From Candidatus Latescibacterota bacterium (GTDB lineage Bacteria; Latescibacterota; UBA2968; UBA8231), in NCBI GenBank assembly GCA_965221775.1, contig CBDCSU010000006.1, positions 1,440,001 through 1,504,000 on the forward strand: DNA of 64,000 nucleotides. The letters are read 5' to 3'. Under the pieces are notes generated by a model. It ran no database searches, was not told the origin of the DNA, and saw only the letters and a list, made by a program, of their open reading frames with translations. Shown in pieces: positions 54,301 to 62,280 of this stretch (its first letter is position 1; every line of letters begins with the position of its first letter). The translations under genes and the position numbers were made by a program.

Positions 54301-56380
54301 CAGCGTCGGTGACCTTGTAGTTACCAGCGAGGTCGGCGCCGATGAGCGTCAACTTGTACTTGGTGTCGTCAACCAGACCGGTGTCCTTCCTGGCGGCGTT
54401 GATGAACTCCTCGTGCGGGATGACCTGCTCCTCCAGGTCCAGAAGCTCGCCGCCGGCCAGATCCCTGATCTTCTGTCCGGGCCTGTCCCGTCCGCTCACA
54501 TACTCGTAGATGATGCGGACGCTGTCGGCGTGCTCACTGAGCGCGAACCTGACGTCGGCGGTGCTGGTCTCCTCGATCGTGGAGATGTCGGCCGAGGTCG
54601 GGAAGAGGCCGTTGAAGGCGAGATCGTCGATATCGACATAGACGTCGGCGCGCTCGGCGGCCGGACCCTTGTTGCCGGCAAAGTCGGTGCCGGTGACCTT
54701 GATCGTCTTGACGCCGGTCTTGAGGACGCCCACCCCGTTGGTGTCGTGCTTGGTACGGGTGGTCAGGTCGGGAGTGGTCTCGATCGAGCTGACTCGACCC
54801 GCGGCATCAACATCGAAGATGAGGCGGAGCTTGCCCGCGGCGTTCAGCGCGGCATTGTTGTCCGAGAAGGCGCGGATCGTATCCGCCGCAGTCGGCACAT
54901 CGTCATCATTCCCGGGGACCTCGTCAGGGCCAGCGCCACTTGTCTCGATGACGGTGGGGGGGTCGGCGTCTGAGAGTCCCCACTTCCGAACGTCGTCGCC
55001 TTTGTTCCTGATCTTGAGGACGGTGCCGCCGAGGTCGATGTCCAGATCCTTGTACTTCTCCCCGGCGAACAGGGCATACTGGATGGGATTGAGATCGTTG
55101 GAGGTGCCCGAATTCAGAGTGCCGTCAGTAACGGTGTCTGGGCTCGCCACCTCGAGAGTGTCACTGCCGTCCTTGCCGCTGACGCCATCGATGACCGGCT
55201 TCTTGCTGTCAATGAGGAACGACAGACTAGCCGAGGCGCCGGCCGGGTCCCCGGACGGCGTGGCGCCACTTCGGTTACCCCACTCGTCGACGATGTAGGC
55301 CGTGGCCCTGTTTCTGGCTACGGGCGCTGCGCCCACGGTCTGGACTGTCACCTTCTCACCCACAAGGTCGCCGAACTCGCCCTCGCCGATGGCCTGCCGG
55401 AAGGTGAGGGTGTCGAGCCGGCCATTGCTCTCAAGGGGGACCGAGTAGGTCTCCTTCACCTTGCCGGCGCTTGTCTCCGGGGCTGACGCGTCAGTCAGGT
55501 CGAAGACCTCGACCTCGACGGTATGGTTCTTGTCGAGGATCAGCGGCATGTTGTCCGGCCCCACCTTGACATCGAATTCGAACTTGTCCCCGATGCCGGC
55601 GATGTCGGCCCTTACGTCGTCTGCTGCATCGGTATTGCCCTGGGTCAGCACGGCCGTGACCAAGTCGCCCGAGACCCCATCCCCCCCATGGAGGATCAAG
55701 GCCGCAGGGACCGGAGGACGGTCGGCGTCGATGGCGAAGAGCACGTTGCCCGGGGTGGTCGGGGACCTCTTGCCGGTGCCGGCCGTAACTGTGGCGCCGC
55801 CGCCGCTCGTCACTTCGTCCCACGCCACCGCCACGGCATGGATGCTCGACACCATGCCGCTGGTCTGGTGGACCTTGCCGTTCCAAGTGTAGGTGACCTC
55901 GGCGACGTTGGCGTCGACCTGGACCGACGTGGCATCGCCGGCGAAATAACGCGTCGAGTCGGTGTTGCCGTTGGACTTCTGGATCCGAACGGCAACGATG
56001 CCGGCCCCGGCGACAGCATCGACGGGCTGTCTCTCCAACGCAGCATCGCCCGTCAAGCCCAGACCGCCGTTGAAGTCCCCGGCCGCCGGCTCCACTGCAG
56101 GCACTCGCGCCTCAGGGCTATCCTTCACCTTGCCACCACCTGTAGCCTCATCGCCCAGAATCAGATCTCCCATGACCAAGGCGATGGCCACGCCGTCCGC
56201 ATCGTTGGGCGTGAAGTCCCTGACCACCGCCGTCACCGTGAAGGTGCCGTCGATGCCGAGGGTGGCTCCCGAGTCGGGCGCGGTGATGGTCACGCTGCGC
56301 ACCTCCGCCGCGTGGGCGTCGATGGCCCCGAAGCCGATCACCAGCGCGGCGAAAAGGGCTGCGTAATTCCTGCGCTGCAT
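51311..56380 (-). CDS. giant secreted surface protein (Ig-like region, acidic repeat, FN3-like, dockerin-like EF hands, cohesin-like, FlgD/T9SS-like CTD)
   Basis: GAGGAGG RBS, signal peptide ending AHA, DNRVDYDDFFIFADHFG / NDVIDVDDFFAFAESFG, NNFPNPFNP tail. Confidence 0.85.
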   Translation of the reverse strand: MQRRNYAALFAALVIGFGAIDAHAAEVRSVTITAPDSGATLGIDGTFTVTAVVRDFTPNDADGVAIALVMGDLILGDEATGGGKVKDSPEARVPAVEPAAGDFNGGLGLTGDAALERQPVDAVAGAGIVAVRIQKSNGNTDSTRYFAGDATSVQVDANVAEVTYTWNGKVHQTSGMVSSIHAVAVAWDEVTSGGGATVTAGTGKRSPTTPGNVLFAIDADRPPVPAALILHGGDGVSGDLVTAVLTQGNTDAADDVRADIAGIGDKFEFDVKVGPDNMPLILDKNHTVEVEVFDLTDASAPETSAGKVKETYSVPLESNGRLDTLTFRQAIGEGEFGDLVGEKVTVQTVGAAPVARNRATAYIVDEWGNRSGATPSGDPAGASASLSFLIDSKKPVIDGVSGKDGSDTLEVASPDTVTDGTLNSGTSNDLNPIQYALFAGEKYKDLDIDLGGTVLKIRNKGDDVRKWGLSDADPPTVIETSGAGPDEVPGNDDDVPTAADTIRAFSDNNAALNAAGKLRLIFDVDAAGRVSSIETTPDLTTRTKHDTNGVGVLKTGVKTIKVTGTDFAGNKGPAAERADVYVDIDDLAFNGLFPTSADISTIEETSTADVRFALSEHADSVRIIYEYVSGRDRPGQKIRDLAGGELLDLEEQVIPHEEFINAARKDTGLVDDTKYKLTLIGADLAGNYKVTDAGELTYDTNYVVPKITYFSVSSNPPGGTRTDDKGKLANSGQVAAHKDPQFTLTVNAWNKANVAALAYGKVDYNNDAVVTVSGGSGDGLTLSGKGVVTEGMPAGMARLTSDAWGVGRVGDVVSWKADVKLNAQKAPETHTVKVEDLTSDSDTTFVGKLDSSLVIKHAAYKEITISVSDTVYLHSLVDVGLRYVDAFGNTVLDQDNYVEVSTSVIGVELPPGALQVKNGVATFSIRSNAHLGDLPLTVRNVTGETVTVATKTVAVTERPAVVTPTDDGTDDGDQQDHRPDAPDKLVGEDYKGALGQGDQGGFVMLTFDLSDNHSTLDGGYRIWRDVTVTQGTDDEGNVVELSEPTIQPVAWGHVDAIPGVDVMRVVVATLDGDATFYGVTAESQGLASDATRTGGADDGMADDGMEDDGMEDDGMEDDGAEDDGMEDDGAEDDGMEDDGAEDDGTEDDGSGDDGTEDDGSEDGGEETTTDTTATDNKRAFTVTQSVSMPYELMAETMVRSREAAQGNLEGPVFATLTPEALAFHERGGLVPSLKSVQGELNDHITRTEEAVRAIDDIPPAPVTWVRALDTPGDAGASITIDWTRSIDDRMMTSVVPQAVGANGNVFTSAGVVGYNISRRIGDGAWQLLGEAPAGSSSWEDLTAANGVRYSYKVEPKDLEQITASEIVKSAMAIRNTVVDGDGNRIVGLFGADNRVDYDDFFIFADHFGLTAESDLYEAAFDIIPNDVIDVDDFFAFAESFGKEVAGIGKAVPTKAGLNSEARFYIDNAAGELPRVGEEMSLLVSLEDFAEVRGYGFTVNFDDRYLEFVEPRFEDNPLGEAGLAQPRVIANADGEIHIAAFGETVSEGDLGVTLVFRSIEEIEESLVEVMAGGVQDGSYGLNRITDPVAIRVETRPEVYALENNFPNPFNPETTIKYQLPDANEVTLEVFNMLGQVVRTMVDREFQNAGRYSYQWDATNDSGQPLSSGIYFYRVTAGGEFQSHKKMLLLK
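52898..53092 (-). repeat. 13 x 15-nt in-frame tandem repeat encoding DDG(M/A/T/S)(E/A/G)
   Basis: Repeated ccgtcgtc(c/t)tc units; 195 nt. Confidence 0.95.
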
Positions 56381-56468
56381 CTTCTTCCTCCTCAGGGAGC
56401 CCAGTCCCTGTCCTGGTTTCTGCAGAAAAGTTCTGATGTAATGCGGGGATTCAGTGAGTATTCGCTCC

Positions 56469-56498
56469 ATAATATCACCGGCTCCTATGGGGTGTCAA
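56469..56498 (-). promoter_or_regulatory. strong promoter of the giant surface protein gene
   Basis: TTGACA-18 nt-TATTAT with extended -10 TG. Confidence 0.7.
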
Positions 56499-56565
56499 GC
56501 GAATTCTTGGTCTGGCAGGGGTACCGGCCCAAGAGTTTCAAAGGTAGGGTACATCCCCCTTGGGT

Positions 56566-59115
56566 TCAACCCCCATCCCCACTTCGGAACCGGTGCCGCC
56601 GCAGGGCCAGGGCCGCCCCCGCCAGGACGACAGCGGCGCTGGCGGCGCCGGCGGCGCGGGCCCGGGCCACGGGCGGGGAGCGGTAACGCAGCTCCACCAT
56701 GTGCTCGCCCGCCGGCACGGGGACCGCCTTCCAGACGTAGTCGGCGCGCAACAGGGGGGCGGGCCGGCCGTCGACGAGGGCGCGCCAGTGGGGGTGGTAG
56801 TTGTCGCCGATCACCAGCAGGCGGGGCCCGCCGGCGGACAGGTTGAGACGCACCACGCCCTCGCGGTAGTCGTAGAACTCCTCGGTCACGCGATCGCCGC
56901 CCAGATCGGCGTCCGGGCCGGGCAGGTCGATGGGCGGCGGCTCCTCCAGCAATACGGTGCGGCGCAGGTCGTAGCGCCCCTCGCGCAGGGCGGTGAGGAC
57001 CTCCGCCTCGCCGGGCAGGACCTCGGCGTGGGGCGCCAGGTGGAACCACGGCAACGCCGTCCGGTTGGCGTAGAGGCGCAGCTCGCGCCCCGCGAATACC
57101 TCGGGGAAGCCCTCGGCCCGCAGCTCGACGGAGCGCGGCGTGACGAGGAAGCGGGCGCCCATGAGATCGAGGATCGGGCGCGCGGCGCCGAGGATCTGGC
57201 CGTCGGTCCAGCGCACGTCGCGGCCCTCGGCGTGGCGGGCGCGCAGCACGCTCTCCACGGGCTCCAGCTCTCTCAGCAGGCGGTCGTAGCGGCGCAGGGT
57301 GAAGTTGGCGAAGCCGGTGGCCACGTCGGCGCCGTCGAGGTGGTAGCGCGCGTCCTTGAGGAAGCCGTGGCCCGGCACGGGGAAGAGGCGGAAGCGGCCG
57401 GGCTGCCGCTCGAGGAAGGCGCGCACGTCGGGGTTGGCCTGGCGGTAGTCGGCGTAGTCATCCGGGTCTTCGTACTTGAGGAAGAGGCGGTCGATGCGCC
57501 AGGTGTCGGCCACGGTGAGGGCGGCCAGGCCGAGGACGAGGAGGCCGGCGCCGACGCGGTTGCGCAGATGCAGCAGCAGCAGGGCGGTGCCGGCGGCGCA
57601 CACGCCGGCGCCGATGAGGCCCCCGCGGGCGAGCCAGGGGGCGGCGGCGGTCATGGCGCGGCGGCGGAACTCCGGGGCGTCGGACCAGAGGAGGGCGGTC
57701 CATGCCTCGGTGACCAGGCGCGGCGCGAGAGCGATGACGAGGCAGAGGCCGGTGAGGACGGCGCCAGCGACGAGGATGCGGCGCGAGAGGACGGGCGCGT
57801 CGCCGGCGGGGCGCAGGACGCGGCTGAGGCCGAGGGCGGCGAGGGCGACGGCGGGAAAGGCGAAGAGGAAGGCGGCCATGCCGATGGTGCGCAGCTCCTT
57901 GCCGCCGGGCAGGAGGTGGTAGGCGACATAGTGGACGGGGGTGTGGCCGCCGAGGGTGAAGGCGGCGGCGGCGGCGAAGAGGAGGCCGAGGAAGAGCACG
58001 AGGGGGCTGGCGCGGGCGCCGGGGACCGCGGCGAGGGCGAGGAGGAGGACGAGGATGCCGAAGTACTCGGAGTTGAGCTTCATGGGGTTGCGGCCCCAGT
58101 AGCGGTTCCGCTTGTCGGTGGGGTCGTCGAAGCCGCCGAACTCCGGCACGACGAGGGAGGCGATCTCCTCCGGGTGGAGGGACCAGCTGCGGGCGTGGGC
58201 GAGTTGCTCCCCGGGCGTGCGGCCGGTGCCGTCGTGGACGGCGGCGCGCTTGGACTCGGTCTTGACGTGCAGGTAGGGCGGGTAGACGCCTTCGGCGGCG
58301 AGGCCGAGACCGAGGGCGGCGGCGGCGGCGAAGAGGCCGGCGCGCTCCGCCAGGCGGGGGAAGGTCAGTCCCCGCAGGCGCAGGTGGACGAGCTTATAGA
58401 TGGTATAGGCGCCGGTGCCCAGGAGGGCGTACTGCATCATCTGCAAGTGGGGGGTGAAGATGCCGATGGCGATGAGGACGGGGAGGGCGGCCCACGAGCC
58501 GAGGGCCTGCCGGCCGCCGTCCATGCCGCGCTCGACGCAGAGGAGGAGGAAGGGGAAGAGGGCGATGACCGACATCTTGGCGTAGTGGCCGGCGAACGGG
58601 AAGCTGAGGAAGGTGGGCGCCGAGAGGAAGGCGAGGCCGCCCCAGAGGGCGGCCCAGCGATGGACGCCGACCTGCCGCAGGTAGAGGAACATGCCGTAGC
58701 CGGCGGCGAAGACGACGAGGATGTAGCGCCAGCCGACGGTGCGCTGGTGGGTGGTGAACAGCTCGATGAGGTAGGTGGGGAAGAACTTGTGGCGGATCTC
58801 CTCGGAGACGGGGTAGCCGCCCATGATGGGCGACCAGGCCGGGGGCACGAGGTCGCGCAGCTTCTCCGCCACCGGCGCCTTGCCGCGGTGGAAGTCGAGC
58901 CCCACGTCGTGGCCGAAGATGATCTTGCCGCTGAGAGGGAACTCCCAGAAGTAGACGAGGGCCACCAGCGCGAAGAGGGCGGGGGCGAACCAGGGGCGGG
59001 AGATGTACCGCCGGAAGGCGGGGGCGGGGGGGGCTTCAGGCGAGGCGGGGGCCTCGGCCTTCGGCCGGGGGTCCGCCTTGCGGCGTTGGTCGCGCCTGCG
59101 GTCCTGCTTGCCCAT
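56566..59115 (-). CDS. YfhO family polytopic membrane protein (GT-C-like)
   Basis: Many TMs, WSPIMGGYP, C-terminal YHPHWRALVDG..VPAGEHMVELRY. Confidence 0.82.
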   Translation of the reverse strand: MGKQDRRRDQRRKADPRPKAEAPASPEAPPAPAFRRYISRPWFAPALFALVALVYFWEFPLSGKIIFGHDVGLDFHRGKAPVAEKLRDLVPPAWSPIMGGYPVSEEIRHKFFPTYLIELFTTHQRTVGWRYILVVFAAGYGMFLYLRQVGVHRWAALWGGLAFLSAPTFLSFPFAGHYAKMSVIALFPFLLLCVERGMDGGRQALGSWAALPVLIAIGIFTPHLQMMQYALLGTGAYTIYKLVHLRLRGLTFPRLAERAGLFAAAAALGLGLAAEGVYPPYLHVKTESKRAAVHDGTGRTPGEQLAHARSWSLHPEEIASLVVPEFGGFDDPTDKRNRYWGRNPMKLNSEYFGILVLLLALAAVPGARASPLVLFLGLLFAAAAAFTLGGHTPVHYVAYHLLPGGKELRTIGMAAFLFAFPAVALAALGLSRVLRPAGDAPVLSRRILVAGAVLTGLCLVIALAPRLVTEAWTALLWSDAPEFRRRAMTAAAPWLARGGLIGAGVCAAGTALLLLHLRNRVGAGLLVLGLAALTVADTWRIDRLFLKYEDPDDYADYRQANPDVRAFLERQPGRFRLFPVPGHGFLKDARYHLDGADVATGFANFTLRRYDRLLRELEPVESVLRARHAEGRDVRWTDGQILGAARPILDLMGARFLVTPRSVELRAEGFPEVFAGRELRLYANRTALPWFHLAPHAEVLPGEAEVLTALREGRYDLRRTVLLEEPPPIDLPGPDADLGGDRVTEEFYDYREGVVRLNLSAGGPRLLVIGDNYHPHWRALVDGRPAPLLRADYVWKAVPVPAGEHMVELRYRSPPVARARAAGAASAAVVLAGAALALRRHRFRSGDGG

Positions 59116-59222
59116 GGTGTGGCCTGTTCCAGTCGGGGGGCGGCCCGGGAGACGCGGGAACTACTGTATTGGCAGGGCGGCCAGAGGGCCCGGGTGGTTC
59201 CCGGAGGCGCCGGAACCTGGCC

Positions 59223-59426
59223 TCATGGGGCGGCGGGGTCGTCCTCCACATCCGGGAACGGTGGGTTCACCCCCTGCCGCCGCGCCCAAGCGTTGGCCTC
59301 CCGGCAGGCCTTCAGCCGGCCCTCCTCAAAGCCCTTCTCAAGGCCTTCCTGGCGGCCTTCCTGGCGCGCCTTTTCGTGCTGGCGCGCCAGCCGGTCCTTC
59401 ATCCATTGCGTCATGACCCCGGTCAT
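59223..59426 (-). CDS. small coiled-coil protein, copy C (67 aa)
   Basis: AGGAG 5 nt before ATG; MTGVMTQWMKDRLARQ..EEGRLKACREANAWARRQG. Confidence 0.6.
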   Translation of the reverse strand: MTGVMTQWMKDRLARQHEKARQEGRQEGLEKGFEEGRLKACREANAWARRQGVNPPFPDVEDDPAAP

Positions 59427-59530
59427 GTCCACTCCTGAAGGATGGCAGACGGCTGCTCAGAAAGCTCCATGGTCGATGATACTCCCGGGGCTTCCTTCCC
59501 GGGGCGGTCCCGAAGCGCCGGAACATGGCC

Positions 59531-59746
59531 TCATGGGGCGGCGGGGTCGTCCTCCACATCCGGGAACGGTGGGTTCACCCCCTGCCGCCGCGCCCAGGCG
59601 TTGGCCTCCCGGCAGGCCTTCAGCCGGCCCTCCTCAAGGCCCTTCTCAAGGCCTTCCTGGCGGCCCTCCTCAAGGCCTTCCTGGCGCGCCTCTTCGTGCT
59701 GGCGCGCCAGCCGGTCCTTCATCCACTGAGTCATGACCCCGGTCAT
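59531..59746 (-). CDS. small coiled-coil protein, copy B (71 aa)
   Basis: AAGGAG 5 nt before ATG; intact frame near-identical to copies A and C. Confidence 0.6.
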   Translation of the reverse strand: MTGVMTQWMKDRLARQHEEARQEGLEEGRQEGLEKGLEEGRLKACREANAWARRQGVNPPFPDVEDDPAAP

Positions 59747-59810
59747 GTCCACTCCTTGGACCCGCTTGTCCTACAGATGATACTCCCGGGCCGCGCGAGA
59801 TACCGCGCTG

Positions 59811-60299
59811 CTACCGGCTGGCGGCAGGGTCGTCCTCCACATCCGGGAACGGTGGGTTCAGCCCCTGCTTCCTCGCCCAAGCGTTGGCCTCCCTGCAGGC
59901 CTTCAGCCGGCCCTCTTCGCGACCCTCTTCGCGGCCCTCTTCGCGACCCTCTTCGCGGCCCTCTTCGCGACCCTCCTCACGGCCTTCCCGCAGGGCCTGC
60001 TGCCGCGCCTCTTCGTGCTGGCGCGCCAGCCGGTCCTTCATCCACTGAGTCATTACGCCGGTCATGTCCACTCCTTGGAGGATGGCAAAAGGTATGCAGA
60101 CGGCTGCGATGACGACCTCCCCCAGACCTCGCATGATACCCAGAGAGGTATCAACAAGACCCTTCCCCCCAGTGACCTCCGACCAAACTACAAGACCAGA
60201 CCCGTAGAGGGCGATGGCCAGGAATCCGGTCACGAACCAGACCCGCTTGTCCTCGACGATCGACCATATCCCGACTCTTGCCCCGGATTCCGGCTCCAT
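59811..60299 (-). CDS. hypothetical two-TM protein with EEGR-repeat C-terminal tail (copy A), with internal RBS/ATG at 60065
   Basis: TMs VWFVTGFLAIALYGSGLVVW and VVIAAVCIPFAIL; (EEGR)6 tail; GGAG RBS. Confidence 0.7.
   Translation of the reverse strand: MEPESGARVGIWSIVEDKRVWFVTGFLAIALYGSGLVVWSEVTGGKGLVDTSLGIMRGLGEVVIAAVCIPFAILQGVDMTGVMTQWMKDRLARQHEEARQQALREGREEGREEGREEGREEGREEGREEGRLKACREANAWARKQGLNPPFPDVEDDPAASR
59911..59982 (-). repeat. 6 x 12-nt tandem repeat encoding REEG
   Basis: ccctcttcgcg(a/g) x5 plus one variant unit. Confidence 0.95.
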
Positions 60300-60357
60300 T
60301 CAGAAGCTCCATGGTCGATGATACTCCCGGGGCTTCCTGCCCGCAATGAATGACCGC

Positions 60358-60951
60358 TTACAGGGTGCCCTTGGTGGAGGGCACGCCGGAGACGCGGTCG
60401 GAGCGCAGGGTGGCCATGTCGAGGGCGCGGCCCAGGGCCTTGAAGATCGCCTCGATGCCGTGGTGGTCGTCGGCGCCGCGGAGCAGGTCGACGTGCAGGT
60501 TCAGGCGCCCGTGGTCGGTGAAGGCGCGCAGGAACTCGGGGACGAGGGCCACGGGCAGGCCGCCCACGGAGCCGTCGCGGAAGGCGGCGTTGACGGCCAG
60601 GTAGGAGCGTCCGGAGAGGTCGACCACAGCCCGGGCGAGGGCGTCGTCCATGGGGACGTAGGCGTGGCCGAAGCGCTGGATGCCGGCCTTGTCGCCGAGA
60701 GCCTCGCCCAGGGCTTGGCCGAGGCAGATGCCGACGTCCTCGACGCTGTGGTGGGCGTCGACGTCGAGATCGCCGCGGCAGGTGAGGGTGAGGTCGAAGA
60801 GGCCGTGGCGGGTGAAGGCGTGGAGCATGTGGTCGAAGAAGCCGACGCCGGTGCTGGCCTCGCAGCGGCCGGTGCCGTCGAGGACGAGGGTGAGGTCGAT
60901 CTCGGTCTCGGAGGTGCGTCGCTCGACGCGGGCGCGGCGGGCGCCGCTCAC
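60358..60951 (-). CDS. hisB: imidazoleglycerol-phosphate dehydratase
   Basis: RTSETEI, FFDHML, DAHHSVED, HHGIEAIFKA, PSTKG. Confidence 0.96.
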   Translation of the reverse strand: MSGARRARVERRTSETEIDLTLVLDGTGRCEASTGVGFFDHMLHAFTRHGLFDLTLTCRGDLDVDAHHSVEDVGICLGQALGEALGDKAGIQRFGHAYVPMDDALARAVVDLSGRSYLAVNAAFRDGSVGGLPVALVPEFLRAFTDHGRLNLHVDLLRGADDHHGIEAIFKALGRALDMATLRSDRVSGVPSTKGTL

Positions 60952-62270
60952 GGCGAGCCCTCCCGGCTCCAGGCTTGGAGACGGACCTCGACGGCGCGGG
61001 CGTGGGCCTCGAACCCCTCGGCGCGCGCCAGGCGGGTGACGTCGGCGGCGGCGGCGCGCAGGCGCTGGGGCGTCCAGGCGACGACGCTGGTGGCCTTGAC
61101 GAAGTCGGAAAGGCCGAGGGAGGAGGAGAACCGGGCGGCGCCGTTGGTGGGCAGGACGTGGTTGGTGCCGGCGTAGTAGTCGCCCACGGGCTCGGTGGAT
61201 GCCTCGCCGAGGAAGACGGCGCCGGCGTTGCGGACGCGCTCGAGCCACTCCCAGGGCTCGGCGACGAGCAGCTCCAGGTGCTCGGGGGCGAGGCGATTCA
61301 CCAGCTCGACGCCGGTCCGAAGGTCGGGGACGACGACGACGACGCCGTAGCGCGACAGGGCGCGGTCCACGGCGTCGAGGCGCGGCAGGGCCGCCTTCTG
61401 GCGCTCCACCTCGTCGCGCACGGCGCGGGCCAAGTCGGCGGAGGGGGTGATGCAGAGGGCGGCCTCGAAGCCGGAACCGTGCTCGGCCTGGGAAAGCAGG
61501 TCGGCGGCGATGAAGGCGGGAGATGCGGTGTCGTCGGCGAGCACGGCGATCTCCGACGGGCCGGGGACCATCTCGATGCCGACGAGGCCGTAGACCTGGC
61601 GCTTGGCGGCGACGGTGTAGGGGCCGCCGGGGCCGACGATCTTGTCGACGGCGGGGACGGTGCCGGTGCCGTGAGCGAGGGCCGCCACCGCCTGGGCGCC
61701 GCCGATGGCGTAGACCTCGTCGAGGCCGAGGAAGCCGGCGGCGGCGAGCAGCCCGGGGTGGGGCAGGCCCGAGGGCAGGGGCGGGGTGACGACGCAGATC
61801 TCGTCGACGCCGGCGACCTGCGCGGGGACGGCGGCCATGAGGAGGCTGGAGATGAGCGGCGCCTCGCCGCCGGGGACGCAGATGCCGACGCGGCGCAGGG
61901 GCGTGATGCGCCGGCCGAGGACGACGCCGTCGCCATCGTCGCGGAACCAGGTGTCGGCCTTCTGGGCCTCGTGGAAGGAGCGGATGTTGGCGGCGGCGCG
62001 CTCGATGGCGCCCATGAGGGCGGGATCGGCGGCGTTCAGGGCGTCGTGCAGGGCCTTCTGCGGCACGCGGAAGCGGCCCGGCGTGAGGCGCACCCCGTCG
62101 AAGCGGACGGTGTACTCGGCGACCGCCTCGTCGCCGCGGTCGCGCACGGCGGCGACGATGGCGGCGGCGGTCCTCTCGATGTCGGCGGGGATGGCGCCGC
62201 GCCGGCCGAGGACCTCGGCGAGACGGCCCTCCAGGGGGCCGCCGGTGGTGTAGTGGACGAGGTCGAGCAT
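60948..62270 (-). CDS. hisD: histidinol dehydrogenase
   Basis: [37 protein letters not shown]. Confidence 0.96.
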   Translation of the reverse strand: MLDLVHYTTGGPLEGRLAEVLGRRGAIPADIERTAAAIVAAVRDRGDEAVAEYTVRFDGVRLTPGRFRVPQKALHDALNAADPALMGAIERAAANIRSFHEAQKADTWFRDDGDGVVLGRRITPLRRVGICVPGGEAPLISSLLMAAVPAQVAGVDEICVVTPPLPSGLPHPGLLAAAGFLGLDEVYAIGGAQAVAALAHGTGTVPAVDKIVGPGGPYTVAAKRQVYGLVGIEMVPGPSEIAVLADDTASPAFIAADLLSQAEHGSGFEAALCITPSADLARAVRDEVERQKAALPRLDAVDRALSRYGVVVVVPDLRTGVELVNRLAPEHLELLVAEPWEWLERVRNAGAVFLGEASTEPVGDYYAGTNHVLPTNGAARFSSSLGLSDFVKATSVVAWTPQRLRAAAADVTRLARAEGFEAHARAVEVRLQAWSREGSP

Positions 62271-62280
62271 GCCCGGGCCT

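Larger units (their letters stand above)
59223..60338 (-). repeat. three tandem ~300-bp paralogous units
   Basis: Near-identical blocks starting near 59223, 59531 and 59815; shared upstream motif GATGATACTCCCGGG at 59474, 59776 and 60317. Confidence 0.95.

Noticed and set aside
60259-60319. 9-bp inverted repeat (ATCGACCAT/ATGGTCGAT) flanking the start of copy A as a translational switch
   Set aside because: Short, and the upstream arm overlaps the putative -10, so it is probably not in the local transcript.
59223-60338. Tandem repeats as a CRISPR array, IS or MITE
   Set aside because: No constant repeat with unique spacers, no cas genes, no terminal inverted repeats or transposase; the units are protein-coding paralogs.
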